Below are positions 26,942 through 35,130 of a DNA stretch of 42,660 nucleotides, one piece after another (position 1 is the stretch's first letter; the number at the start of each line of letters is the position of its first letter). The position numbers were made by a program, and so were the translations under genes. Below the pieces are notes generated by a model, which did no database searches, had not been told where the DNA came from, and worked only from the letters and a program-made list of their open reading frames with translations. The stretch is from assembly GCA_016208875.1 (NCBI GenBank), contig JACQXD010000141.1, forward strand, positions 1-42,660, in the 5' to 3' direction. The stretch comes from Nitrospirota bacterium (GTDB taxonomy: Bacteria; Nitrospirota; Thermodesulfovibrionia; Thermodesulfovibrionales; UBA1546).

Positions 26942-27190
26942 TCCTTCGGCATTTCAATTTCTTTGCATGACGGATTATCTGTTTGTTACGCCTGCTAACG
27001 TAAAACAGTCTGCACTTGTGACATTTGGAGTTAAGGTTATTCCTCCGGGAAGCGTGCCCTGCGCTCACCACTTGTAGCTCCCCCCGCTCGAATATGGAAC
27101 CCCTCCCTTCCGCATATTTAAGAGGATATCAAAGAAAAGCTTGAGAGTTAACGGGGGCGGTCAAAATAATACACGAGAGCTACATGTGTT

Positions 27191-28258
27191 GTGCCCCATG
27201 CCGTTGGAGATGTTGTAAAGGTAAAGTATCGGGGTTTCAAAGGGGATGTGCCTCCGAACCTGAAACATACCGTGTTAAATTCTTCCGAGAGGTATGCCAC
27301 TAAAAGAAAAATCATATTTTTATCGGTTCTTGTTTTTGCTGCAGTTGTATCTGGAGTCGGAGCGGTTTATATCATAGACCTTTATAATAAACCGTATAAA
27401 ACAAAGAACCCTACCCGTCATATGGAAAAATCTCAGGAACAGGTTGTTAGTACTTCTACTCCGCCTACGGCAATGAATTCACCACGTGATATAGCATCCA
27501 AACCTGTAAATAAAACGATAGGTTTTGATGCCGGCACACAAAAAAAGAATATAGAGAAAAAGGTTGCATGCCTGCCTGTTAAGCGGTATCAAAAGAAAAT
27601 TCGGAATGAGACTTCCGCCTCGTTGCCCGAATCCGAAATATCTGCAATTCCCACGATTGCCGATGATAAAAAGAAGTTGTCTGAGGAGGATATATCCAAA
27701 AGGGATGTGTACATTTTCGCTGCGCAGGCATATGAATCCAAAAGAGATTATTACAATGCGATTGCAAACTATAAAAAGGCTTCCGGCATTGATGCTAAAA
27801 ACCACGCTATATTGAATAATATTGCCAGCGTACTGCTCAGATTGGATTCTTATAACGAGGCAATACCGTATTTAAATGACGCCTTGAGCATTGAAAAAGA
27901 TTATGTACCCGCACTCGTAAATCTTGGTATCGCATACGCCATGCTCGGCAATTTTCAGGAAGGCGAAGGTTACCTCGCAAAGGCGTTGACTATAGATCCC
28001 TCAAACGTCTATGCGATATTAAATCTTGCAATCTCATATGAAAGACACGGGGATAACGATAAGGCATATAGTTTTTTTTATAAACTTTACCGGATGGGAA
28101 ATATTCAGGGCTATCTCGGCACTGCACGGGTTGCAGAAAAACAGGGCAGGATCCGGGACGCAGTAACGATTTACCGTGAAATAATGGCAATGAACGGGAT
28201 CGATCCCAAAATCAAAAAACTTGCAGATGAGAGACTGACGCATTTGCAGAAAAATTAG
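27191..28258 (+). CDS. Membrane-anchored TPR-repeat protein (MshN/PilF-like)
   Basis: The start is an uncertain GTG. TM segment IIFLSVLVFAAVVSGVGAVYII, then several TPR units (YYNAIANYKKASGIDAKN, YNEAIPYLNDALSIEKDY, ...). Confidence 0.65.
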   Translation: MPHAVGDVVKVKYRGFKGDVPPNLKHTVLNSSERYATKRKIIFLSVLVFAAVVSGVGAVYIIDLYNKPYKTKNPTRHMEKSQEQVVSTSTPPTAMNSPRDIASKPVNKTIGFDAGTQKKNIEKKVACLPVKRYQKKIRNETSASLPESEISAIPTIADDKKKLSEEDISKRDVYIFAAQAYESKRDYYNAIANYKKASGIDAKNHAILNNIASVLLRLDSYNEAIPYLNDALSIEKDYVPALVNLGIAYAMLGNFQEGEGYLAKALTIDPSNVYAILNLAISYERHGDNDKAYSFFYKLYRMGNIQGYLGTARVAEKQGRIRDAVTIYREIMAMNGIDPKIKKLADERLTHLQKN

Positions 28259-28292
28259 TTCCCCTCTAAAAAGAGGGGATTAGGGGTGTGTG
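28259..28292. repeat. Family B half-element B4 (hairpin between convergent genes; possible terminator)
   Basis: TTCCCCTCTAAAAAGAGGGGATTAGGGGTGTGTG matches the right half of B5. Confidence 0.7.
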
Positions 28293-28589
28293 CTATTCTA
28301 ATTTTGCCTTCATATTAGACCTATCTTGCTTAAATTTAAGAGCAAAAAGTTCGGCTATTTGGTCATAGGTTGAAATAAGTGTAGTGGCAAAAATATTGAA
28401 ATCGGCAACGTATCCTACATCTATATGGCCAAGAGGACCAGCAGCAAGAGATTCAACAAAACCTATTGGCTCTCTCGTTGTCCATTTTGCAACTCCTTTT
28501 TCTGGTGCAACAATGTAAGAAACTGATAACCCTCTTCCAAAACCTGCAGTCCAGACTTTTCTCAGTTCTTTATCTTTAGCACTAAACAT
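28293..28589 (-). CDS. Hypothetical protein, probably 5'-frameshifted
   Basis: 98-aa ORF whose frame stays open upstream without a start. A strong AAGGAGG plus ATG at 28668 is in a different frame and stops after 19 codons. Confidence 0.4.
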   Translation of the reverse strand: MFSAKDKELRKVWTAGFGRGLSVSYIVAPEKGVAKWTTREPIGFVESLAAGPLGHIDVGYVADFNIFATTLISTYDQIAELFALKFKQDRSNMKAKLE

Positions 28590-28921
28590 AATAATACTGG
28601 GCCCAAATTTAGACTGGGCATAAATCTCGCTGGAAACTAACTGCCCGGAAAATTCTGTTTTGAAACATTGACAATTCCTCCTTTTAATTCATCTCCGAGT
28701 TTAAAACCTCGGGGTTTTCTATCCATTTTTTATAAACAGTGATTTTGTTAGATTCTGGATTAAGTTCAGCAGGGTATTTTAGGGCATAATAATCCATATA
28801 TTTTTCAACGCAGGGTTTTGCTTGGTGGTTTACAAAAAAAATAATTTTTGCTTATCGGGAAATGTTGATTTAGAAATTTACTTCTAAGGCAGGTGAATCT
28901 GTATGTATGTAGAATGCCATA

Positions 28922-29317
28922 TTACTTTATCACTCCAAGGAATTTACCTATCAGGTCAATTGCCTTGGGACTAACAAGAATAATCACTGCCAGAAGTATA
29001 ACAAAATAAACTCTGAATTCCATCCGTAAGGTTGATATTCTCCCTTCAAGCTCCACCTTCATTGTCTGCATCTCCTGGCGGAGTGATTTAATCTCTCCAA
29101 AGAATTCTTCCCTTAATACCAATATGTCTGCCTTTGTGGCGAGTTCTTTAGTGAGTTCATCCTTGAGCTCAAGTTTTTTCTGCAGCGCTACTGCCTCTGC
29201 CTTTTTCTCTATCACCTCGAGACCGATCTCAATAGCAGACGCAACCTTCTTTGCCTCTTCTTTACCGAGTTTTTCTTCGAGAAGTTGGTATAACTCTATG
29301 GATAGTACTTGTGGCAT
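28922..29317 (-). CDS. Coiled-coil protein with C-terminal TM helix (DUF1640-like)
   Basis: LATKADILVLREEFFGEIKSLRQEM...; C-terminal YFVILLAVIILV. Confidence 0.55.
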   Translation of the reverse strand: MPQVLSIELYQLLEEKLGKEEAKKVASAIEIGLEVIEKKAEAVALQKKLELKDELTKELATKADILVLREEFFGEIKSLRQEMQTMKVELEGRISTLRMEFRVYFVILLAVIILVSPKAIDLIGKFLGVIK

Positions 29318-29504
29318 GTAAATTTATACCATTATATAGATAGCGTTGTCAATCAATTAGCTCGCCATTTTTTGAAATCTTTATTAAATTTTTATACCCT
29401 ACAGTCTCTGCGGCGGGGAGGTTCATTTTGAACATTGAACAATGTCTGCATTTCTGGGTCAATTATCTGAAAAATAATTCCATTATTTGAATTATATATT
29501 CCTT

Positions 29505-30398
29505 TTAGCTTACGGTAACGGCAAATGCTATCGTAAAGAGCAATATGAATATAAGACGCACCGTTGCCGTACGGAATCCTTTTTTTGTGCAGTTGTCCGA
29601 AAGATGCCTGATCGCATACAAAACATGCCTCTTTTTTATTTGCTTACTTGCATCCAGATATGCCGCCATCATCGTTCTCGAGGATATAAGATTAATCAGC
29701 CTCGGGATGCCCATTAATGATTTGTGTATAAGTTTTTTTGCATTCTCTTTAAATATTACAGAACCCTTCCCTGCCTTTATCAGTCTGTAATTTATATAAT
29801 CGGAGGTCTCATTCATTCTTAAGGGGTTCAAAATCGCCCTTAATGTTATCCTCTGATTTAATTGCCTCAGTTTTTCCATAAGCAGTTTCTTCCTCAGTTC
29901 AGGCTGCCCGATCAGGACTATCTGCAATAGCTTTTCCTTTTCCGTTTCGAGATTTGACAGCAGCCTCAGTTCTTCCAATGTCTCATCGGGTAGGTTCTGC
30001 GCCTCGTCAACTATAATAATCCTTCTTCCGAGCATCGAATTTTCTATAAGGAAATCCCTGAATGCCCTGATAATCTCATTCTTATTCGTATTTTCTATTT
30101 TTACATTCAGGTCATCGAGGACTGTAAGAAGAAATTCCTCGGGCGACAGTCTCGGTGTCAGAACAAGGGCGATCCCTGCCCTATCCTTCCAGCCCTTCGT
30201 GTCAAGAAACGTATTTAGAAGAGTTGTTTTCCCGGTACCCGGTTCTCCGACGACAAGAAAAAACCCTTCTTTCTGCTCAACCATATAAGTCATCGAAGAC
30301 AGTGCCTCGTTGTGACTTTCGGAGGGATAGAAATACAAAGGATCAGGGGTTAGCCTGAAAGGGTCTTCCTTTAAATCAAAAAATTCCAAATAATCCAT
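29505..30398 (-). CDS. ExeA/MshM-type AAA ATPase
   Basis: FFDLKEDPFRLTPDPLYFYPSESHNEAL, Walker A GEPGTGKTT, Walker B IIIVDEAQNL, LLQIVLIGQPEL, and a C-terminal TM segment. Confidence 0.8.
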   Translation of the reverse strand: MDYLEFFDLKEDPFRLTPDPLYFYPSESHNEALSSMTYMVEQKEGFFLVVGEPGTGKTTLLNTFLDTKGWKDRAGIALVLTPRLSPEEFLLTVLDDLNVKIENTNKNEIIRAFRDFLIENSMLGRRIIIVDEAQNLPDETLEELRLLSNLETEKEKLLQIVLIGQPELRKKLLMEKLRQLNQRITLRAILNPLRMNETSDYINYRLIKAGKGSVIFKENAKKLIHKSLMGIPRLINLISSRTMMAAYLDASKQIKKRHVLYAIRHLSDNCTKKGFRTATVRLIFILLFTIAFAVTVS

Positions 30399-30519
30399 TC
30401 AATATATATAATCCGTTAGAGGAAAGGACTCCATAAACATAATCAATATCTTCGCCCTCGATAACACCCCTGATCATAACGCCGTCCGTGGTTATAGCTT
30501 TATACGAGTAATATCTCAT
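30376..30519 (-). pseudogene. 47-aa stub matching the N-terminus of a GspF/PilC/MshG platform protein
   Basis: MRYYSYKAITTDGVMIRGVIEGEDIDYVYGVLSSNGLYILNG fits the GspF N-terminal pattern (F.YKA.D..G....G.IEA........L...GL). It stops inside the start of the ExeA-like gene. Confidence 0.5.
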
Positions 30520-30646
30520 TGCATTATCATTATAGAATTTGTTCTTCTGAAATTCAATTGAAGATCGGACTCTTATTCAGACTCTTTATATAAATCGGAG
30601 AGATAAAACTATCAAGGCTTCATTATTCATAAGAACCTGAGGCTTT

Positions 30647-30715
30647 CAGATAACGTTTCCGTTGCAAAACAAGGACAGAGCCGTTGGGTGTTAACCTCAA
30701 GCACTTTGTTATCTG
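30647..30715. repeat. Imperfect palindrome with CAGATAACGTTT...CTTTGTTATCTG ends (attC-like candidate 1)
   Basis: 8-bp terminal inverted repeat CAGATAAC/GTTATCTG. Its ends are shared with the site at 32082-32216. Confidence 0.5.
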
Positions 30716-30761
30716 CCGGTGCGGGCAATCAATAATCAAATATATTTGAGTCGTTTTTCTC

Positions 30762-31040
30762 TTAAAGAGAATATACAGCCATAGGAATTTTACTTTCTAC
30801 TTTCCTTCTGCCACAAACACTTGATTCTATGGTTTTGAGAACATTAGCTGTAAAATATTTAGTACCGCATTTTTTGCATACACCAACCGGCACATTTTTG
30901 ATAAGTACATACTTATCGCCTACTTTTCTGGGTAGGTCAATTATTTTTTCAACAATTGGACCATTGCAATATTCGCATTGCTCTCCATCCCAAAATCCCA
31001 ATTTAATCCCTCCTTTCGCATCCTTTAGGTTTATCTTCAT
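30762..31040 (-). CDS. YgiT/MqsA-type zinc-finger antitoxin-like protein
   Basis: CEYCNG...CKKCG zinc ribbon; 92 aa; overlaps the upstream DUF4258 gene. Confidence 0.65.
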   Translation of the reverse strand: MKINLKDAKGGIKLGFWDGEQCEYCNGPIVEKIIDLPRKVGDKYVLIKNVPVGVCKKCGTKYFTANVLKTIESSVCGRRKVESKIPMAVYSL

Positions 31041-31293
31041 AAACTGTTATTACTCGTACTTTCCCTATTCCTGTTACTCGACATACTATGCCGATAGGTC
31101 TTTTGTCTAAAGAAATACCAACTACTTTATATTTCCCTTCTCTGGGCCACGTTCTACGAATTCTACCGTTCAAAATGCCATATTCAACATCGTAAATGTC
31201 AAAGCCGTCAATACCTGCTTCATCATCAGCATGTTCCGTAAGGTAAAATAGCCCATTACGAACAAGTGCTTGAATTTCTCCTATTCTGCTCAA
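31003..31293 (-). CDS. DUF4258 toxin-like protein
   Basis: YLTEHADDEAGIDGFDIYDVEYGILNGRI...KVRVITVYE is a DUF4258 pattern. Confidence 0.6.
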   Translation of the reverse strand: MSRIGEIQALVRNGLFYLTEHADDEAGIDGFDIYDVEYGILNGRIRRTWPREGKYKVVGISLDKRPIGIVCRVTGIGKVRVITVYEDKPKGCERRD

Positions 31294-31436
31294 TCGGTAT
31301 TCCCTTTCTTACCAATTTTATTTTAGCATGTTGGCTGTCACCGCAGGCGATCTTTTTTAACGGTCGCTGTCCCCTTTTCCCCTTTCATTGATGTACTAAG
31401 ACGGCTATAAGTAAGACTACATTAATACTCTTTTCT

Positions 31437-31497
31437 GTCATTGCGGCTTGTCCGCAATCCTTCAGGAAAAGAAAGATTCCCGACAAGCGGGAATGAC
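31437..31497. repeat. Family C double-hairpin element, copy C5
   Basis: GTCATTGCGGCTTGTCCGCAATCCTTCAGG...AGATTCCCGACAAGCGGGAATGAC. Confidence 0.8.
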
Positions 31498-31569
31498 ATT
31501 TTGTGTCGCCTTACTAATGACCGTATTAGTAAATCTTTTGCAACGTGTTAGCGGACGTATGACCAATTT

Positions 31570-31815
31570 TCAAGCTGCTATTAAAGTCTCTTCATTTTGA
31601 ATGACAATCTTAGGATTCGGATTTCTCGGAGGAACCGGTAACCCCTGTTCTTTCAATAAACTGATGTGTTCCATCATCCCCCATTTTGCTTTGTAAATAC
31701 AATCTTCAACGGAATGTCCAATCCCTGAAAAGCCAGGCAAATCAGGAGAATAGAAACCAAAAAAGTCAGGTTCCTTTGTTGCCTCAATAATCAAAGAATA
31801 TCCTAAATCTATCAT
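31570..31815 (-). CDS. hicB: HicB-family antitoxin
   Basis: YSLIIEATKEPDFFGFYSPDLPGFSGIGHSVEDCIYKAKWGMMEHI is a UPF0150/HicB pattern. It lies downstream of hicA. Confidence 0.8.
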   Translation of the reverse strand: MIDLGYSLIIEATKEPDFFGFYSPDLPGFSGIGHSVEDCIYKAKWGMMEHISLLKEQGLPVPPRNPNPKIVIQNEETLIAA

Positions 31816-31837
31816 AGCTTTGCACCTCCAAACTTTT

Positions 31838-32026
31838 TTATTTCTTTATCCCTGCATCTTTCAATATTGCATGGCATATGCCTGTAGGAACTTCTTTTGA
31901 TCCATGATAATCAACTCGAATTAGATTGATCCAACCAGGTTTGCCGTAATACCTGATAGACCCCTTTTCCTTAACAATCCTAAAGCCATTCTGTTCCAAT
32001 AATCGAACAAGTTCACTGAATTTCAT
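31838..32026 (-). CDS. hicA: HicA-family toxin
   Basis: MKFSELVRLLEQNGFRIVKEKGSIRYYGK...HGSKEVPTGICHAILKDAGI. Confidence 0.85.
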   Translation of the reverse strand: MKFSELVRLLEQNGFRIVKEKGSIRYYGKPGWINLIRVDYHGSKEVPTGICHAILKDAGIKK

Positions 32027-32081
32027 TTACGTTCTCAAATCTAAGAATATTATACGCTTTCTTATAAAATTGGTCATATAT

Positions 32082-32216
32082 CCGATAACGTTTTGGGGCT
32101 TAACGAAGTGGCGGCTTAGGAACACGTGTTTTCAACCTACTACAACTGTTTATTAGAAGCACAAATGTTTGATTAACCACGGCACCCGCCATTTCTTTTT
32201 AAGCCCTTGTTATCGG
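32082..32216. repeat. Imperfect 135-bp palindrome with CCGATAACGTTTT...CCTTGTTATCGG ends (attC-like candidate 2)
   Basis: Left CCGATAAC-GTTTT-GGGGCTTAA-CGAAGTGGCGG versus right CCGCCATTTCTTTTTAAGCCC-TT-GTTATCGG. Three matching inverted blocks are separated by about 70 bp. Confidence 0.55.
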
Positions 32217-32261
32217 TTCGTGCTTCGTCCGTCCGAAGTCGTGTCGTTTGAAGTTTAGCAG

Positions 32262-33350
32262 TCATGTTTTGATATTGTTTGCCTTTTGTTCTTCATCATT
32301 GATTCTGTTCCTTATGTCGTTAATAACAAACATCATGAATGGCATCATTTTCTTGCAAAGAATTTCTGCTCTATCAAGAAGTTTTCTGGCTTCGACAAAG
32401 TTTGAATGTTTCATTTCCATTTGTGCAATCATTGTCAAGGTTGTTACAAGTTGAGGCGAATTCTCATCGTCTCCACAAAGTTTTAGAACTTGCTCATAAG
32501 CTGCTCGTTCAGCTTTCGGATTTTTCATTTTTATGATGGCACTTCGGCAATTGATGCCCAAACATCTGGTAACCTGTCATTCGCTGAAATTGATTCTGCC
32601 AACTTAATAGTCCTTTCAAATGTTTCAAGTGCAGTTTCATATTTCTCTAAGTCATGAAGATCATGTCCTTTGTTAAATAATAACCTTAATCGTTCTTTCG
32701 GTGATTTTGCTTCTGAAAGCAATTTGTCAATAATTTTGAGAGAATGTTCTTCATATTCTTTTAGCCCCTTTTCGTCTTTAGAAACCTTTGCCATATCAGA
32801 AAGTGTTTTCAAGACATCAAGCTTTTGAGAATCTTTTAGTGATTCTAATGAGAGTAAATAGAGTAGAAGTTGTTTTGCTTTCTCATGCTCACCTAATTCT
32901 AAAAGTTTCATTGCATACCGAAAGTAGAACCAGCTTTTCTTCCCTTCGTCTTTAATTGGCGCAGCAGTTTGAATAGCTGACCTGTAATATTTTTCTGCTT
33001 CTTTGCGATGACCTTGTTTGTCTAATATTTCTGCGGAAGCCAAGAAACATTTGGCGGTCATATATTGGTCTTGCAACTCAATAAAAATTTCAGATGCTTC
33101 CATATCTGTAACGCTTGAGAGCATCAGGTAACTTACAATCTTCAATTAAAACAGGTATAAATCGTCTTTCCGAATTTGTCGGGTCTCTGAAAAGTGCAGT
33201 GCTTCTTTCAAGGTTCACCCAGTCAGAGTTAATTGCGTTAGGTGAAAGAAAAAGAATTAAATAAAAGATTTTTCGCCGAGTTTTTGGAGGGTTGTCAAAA
33301 TAATTCGACCAACTCAGTACCTTTGCAAGAGGCTCATAATGTTCAACCTG
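32262..33350 (-). pseudogene. Decayed TIR-domain/TPR-repeat gene in three frames
   Basis: A startless open frame at 33350-33093 encodes ...KIFYLILFLSPNAINSDWVNLERSTALFRDPTNSERRFIPVLIEDCKLPDALKRYRY, which is the C-terminal half of a TIR domain. It is followed out of frame by TPR-like ORFs at 32531-33145 and 32262-32561, which overlap each other by 31 nt. Confidence 0.6.
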
Positions 33351-34983
33351 TTACCCTTAACACCTCATCCATACTTGTTATACCGGAGGCAGCCTTTTTA
33401 ACGGCGTCCTCTTTTAATAACCGCATCCCTTTTTTAACGCCGTTTACCTGAATAGCAGTAACCGATGCCCCCGAATATATCATCTCTTTTATCTCATCAT
33501 CCAGAATCAATATTTCACCGATAACCGTTCTCCCTAAATATCCCGTGCCGTTACATCGTGCACAGCCCTCCCCTTTAAAGGCAGACGTTAAATGGATATC
33601 GTATCCCTTAAACACAGAGACCTCATAATTATTTAAATTGTATGTTGTCCTACAACTCGGACATATTTTCCTCACAAGCCTCTGCGCAACTATTGCGAGA
33701 AGTGAAGAAGATAAAAGAAAACGGTCAACGTTCAGATCTAAGAGCCTCGGGATCGCGCTTACGGCATCATTGGCATGAAGGGTGGAAAGAACGAGTTGTC
33801 CGGTAAGAGATGCGCGTACTGCTATCCTTGCCGTTTCCTCATCCCTAATTTCACCGAGAAGCAGCACATTAGGGTCCTGCCTCATAAAGTTTCTGCCTGC
33901 ACGGGCAAAGTCATACCCTATCTTTTCATTTACCTCTGTCTGCTTGATCAGGCTTAGTTTGTATTCGACCGGGTCTTCAACCGTAAAGACATTCTTTTCA
34001 AGAAAATCTATTTCTCTTAAGGCTGCATAGAGGGTGGTTGTTTTACCGCTTCCGGTAGGCCCTGTGATCAGGATTATCCCGTACGGCTTAAGAAACAGCG
34101 ACTTTATCTTTTTTATGTTTGTTTCATCAAACCCCAATTTCTCCACTTTCATAAACGGGCCGATACCTGCAAGTATCCTCATCACGATATTTTCTCCGTA
34201 TATGGTGGGAACCGTAGACACACGGATGTCGTATCGCTTATTCAGGAAAGAAAAGTTAAAAGAGCCGTCCTGAGGCAATCTCTGTTCCGCTATATCGAGT
34301 TCGGAGAGGATCTTTATCCTGGATATAATCCCGTTGTGGACCGCCTTTGGAATTCCATGCCCGTACTGAAGAATGCCGTCTACCCTGTAGAATACATGAA
34401 CGATATCCGCCGCCGGATTAATATGAATATCGGAGGTATTTCTCCTGAACCCGTCTATAACGATGAGGTCCGTTAGTTTTGTCATGGTAGAGCCGGATGT
34501 AGCTCCGGCAGTCTTTATCTCGGTGATGGTGTCTTCTATATTCCGATGGGTCGGGTTCTCCATGAAGAAATATGCCCGCTCTAATGCATCACGAAAACCG
34601 TCTTTATCTATCACATAGACTCGCGGCTGCTTTTTTGTCAGCCTTGCAACGGTATCAACAGCCGAGATGTTGCTCGGATTAGTGATGCCGATGCCGAGCC
34701 TGCCGTTTTTTATATCAAGGGGGATAAATTCCGTTTTCTCTGCGGTCTCCTTCGGTATCATCTTCAGTGCTTCTTCCTCTATAGTAAATTCGACGAGATC
34801 CACGAATTCCATGTCCGATTGCTCTGCAAGTATCTGCCCGAGTTCTCTCGATGTTACAAATCCCAGTTTTACGAGGATGTCGCCGAGCAGATCACCTGTT
34901 ATCGCCTGCTGGATCAAGGCTACACGAAGTTGTTTGTCGCTAACTATACCTTTTGTCCTTAGAAGCGTCCCTACTTTTTCCAT
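33343..34983 (-). CDS. GspE/PilB/MshE-family secretion ATPase with MshEN-type N-terminal domain
   Basis: Start moved to ATG 34983 (MEKVGTLL), because the tracked extension to 35070 is encoded by repeat B5. Walker A GPTGSGKTTTLY, tetracysteine CPSCR...CARCNGTG, and tandem 24-aa MshEN-like motifs at the N-terminus. Confidence 0.88.
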   Translation of the reverse strand: MEKVGTLLRTKGIVSDKQLRVALIQQAITGDLLGDILVKLGFVTSRELGQILAEQSDMEFVDLVEFTIEEEALKMIPKETAEKTEFIPLDIKNGRLGIGITNPSNISAVDTVARLTKKQPRVYVIDKDGFRDALERAYFFMENPTHRNIEDTITEIKTAGATSGSTMTKLTDLIVIDGFRRNTSDIHINPAADIVHVFYRVDGILQYGHGIPKAVHNGIISRIKILSELDIAEQRLPQDGSFNFSFLNKRYDIRVSTVPTIYGENIVMRILAGIGPFMKVEKLGFDETNIKKIKSLFLKPYGIILITGPTGSGKTTTLYAALREIDFLEKNVFTVEDPVEYKLSLIKQTEVNEKIGYDFARAGRNFMRQDPNVLLLGEIRDEETARIAVRASLTGQLVLSTLHANDAVSAIPRLLDLNVDRFLLSSSLLAIVAQRLVRKICPSCRTTYNLNNYEVSVFKGYDIHLTSAFKGEGCARCNGTGYLGRTVIGEILILDDEIKEMIYSGASVTAIQVNGVKKGMRLLKEDAVKKAASGITSMDEVLRVTG

Positions 34984-35014
34984 TGTTATACTTGGTACGA
35001 AAATATATCTTTTA

Positions 35015-35090
35015 ACACACCCCCCGACCCCTCTTGATAGAGGGGAGTTCCAATGTTTCCCCTCTATCAAGAGGGGATTAAGGGGTGTGT
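35015..35090. repeat. Family B composite palindrome, copy B5
   Basis: ACACACCCCCCGACCCCTCTTGATAGAGGGGAGTTCCAATGTTTCCCCTCTATCAAGAGGGGATTAAGGGGTGTGT. Confidence 0.85.
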
Positions 35091-35130
35091 ATTTTCATCC
35101 TCCTTTGTGCCGACTCGTCGGCATGTGTGT

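Noticed and set aside
26983-27005. Isolated GTTACGCCTGCTAACGTAA motif resembling one heptad pair outside the acs operon.
   Set aside because: It has only one unit per side, in the reverse order (right-type before left-type), with a 5-bp stem. This is compatible with chance.
27185-27304. 39-codon Cys-rich ORF (MCCAPCRWRCCKGKVSGFQRGCAS...) overlapping the start of the TPR gene.
   Set aside because: It has no SD and overlaps a longer ORF with clear TM and TPR features. A Cys-rich reading of a GC-rich stretch is likely chance.
28684-28797. 37-codon ORF (MDYYALKYPAELNPESNKITVYKKWIENPEVLNSEMN) on the - strand.
   Set aside because: No SD, no recognisable family, and below any reasonable confidence. 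It may be a relic of a longer gene.
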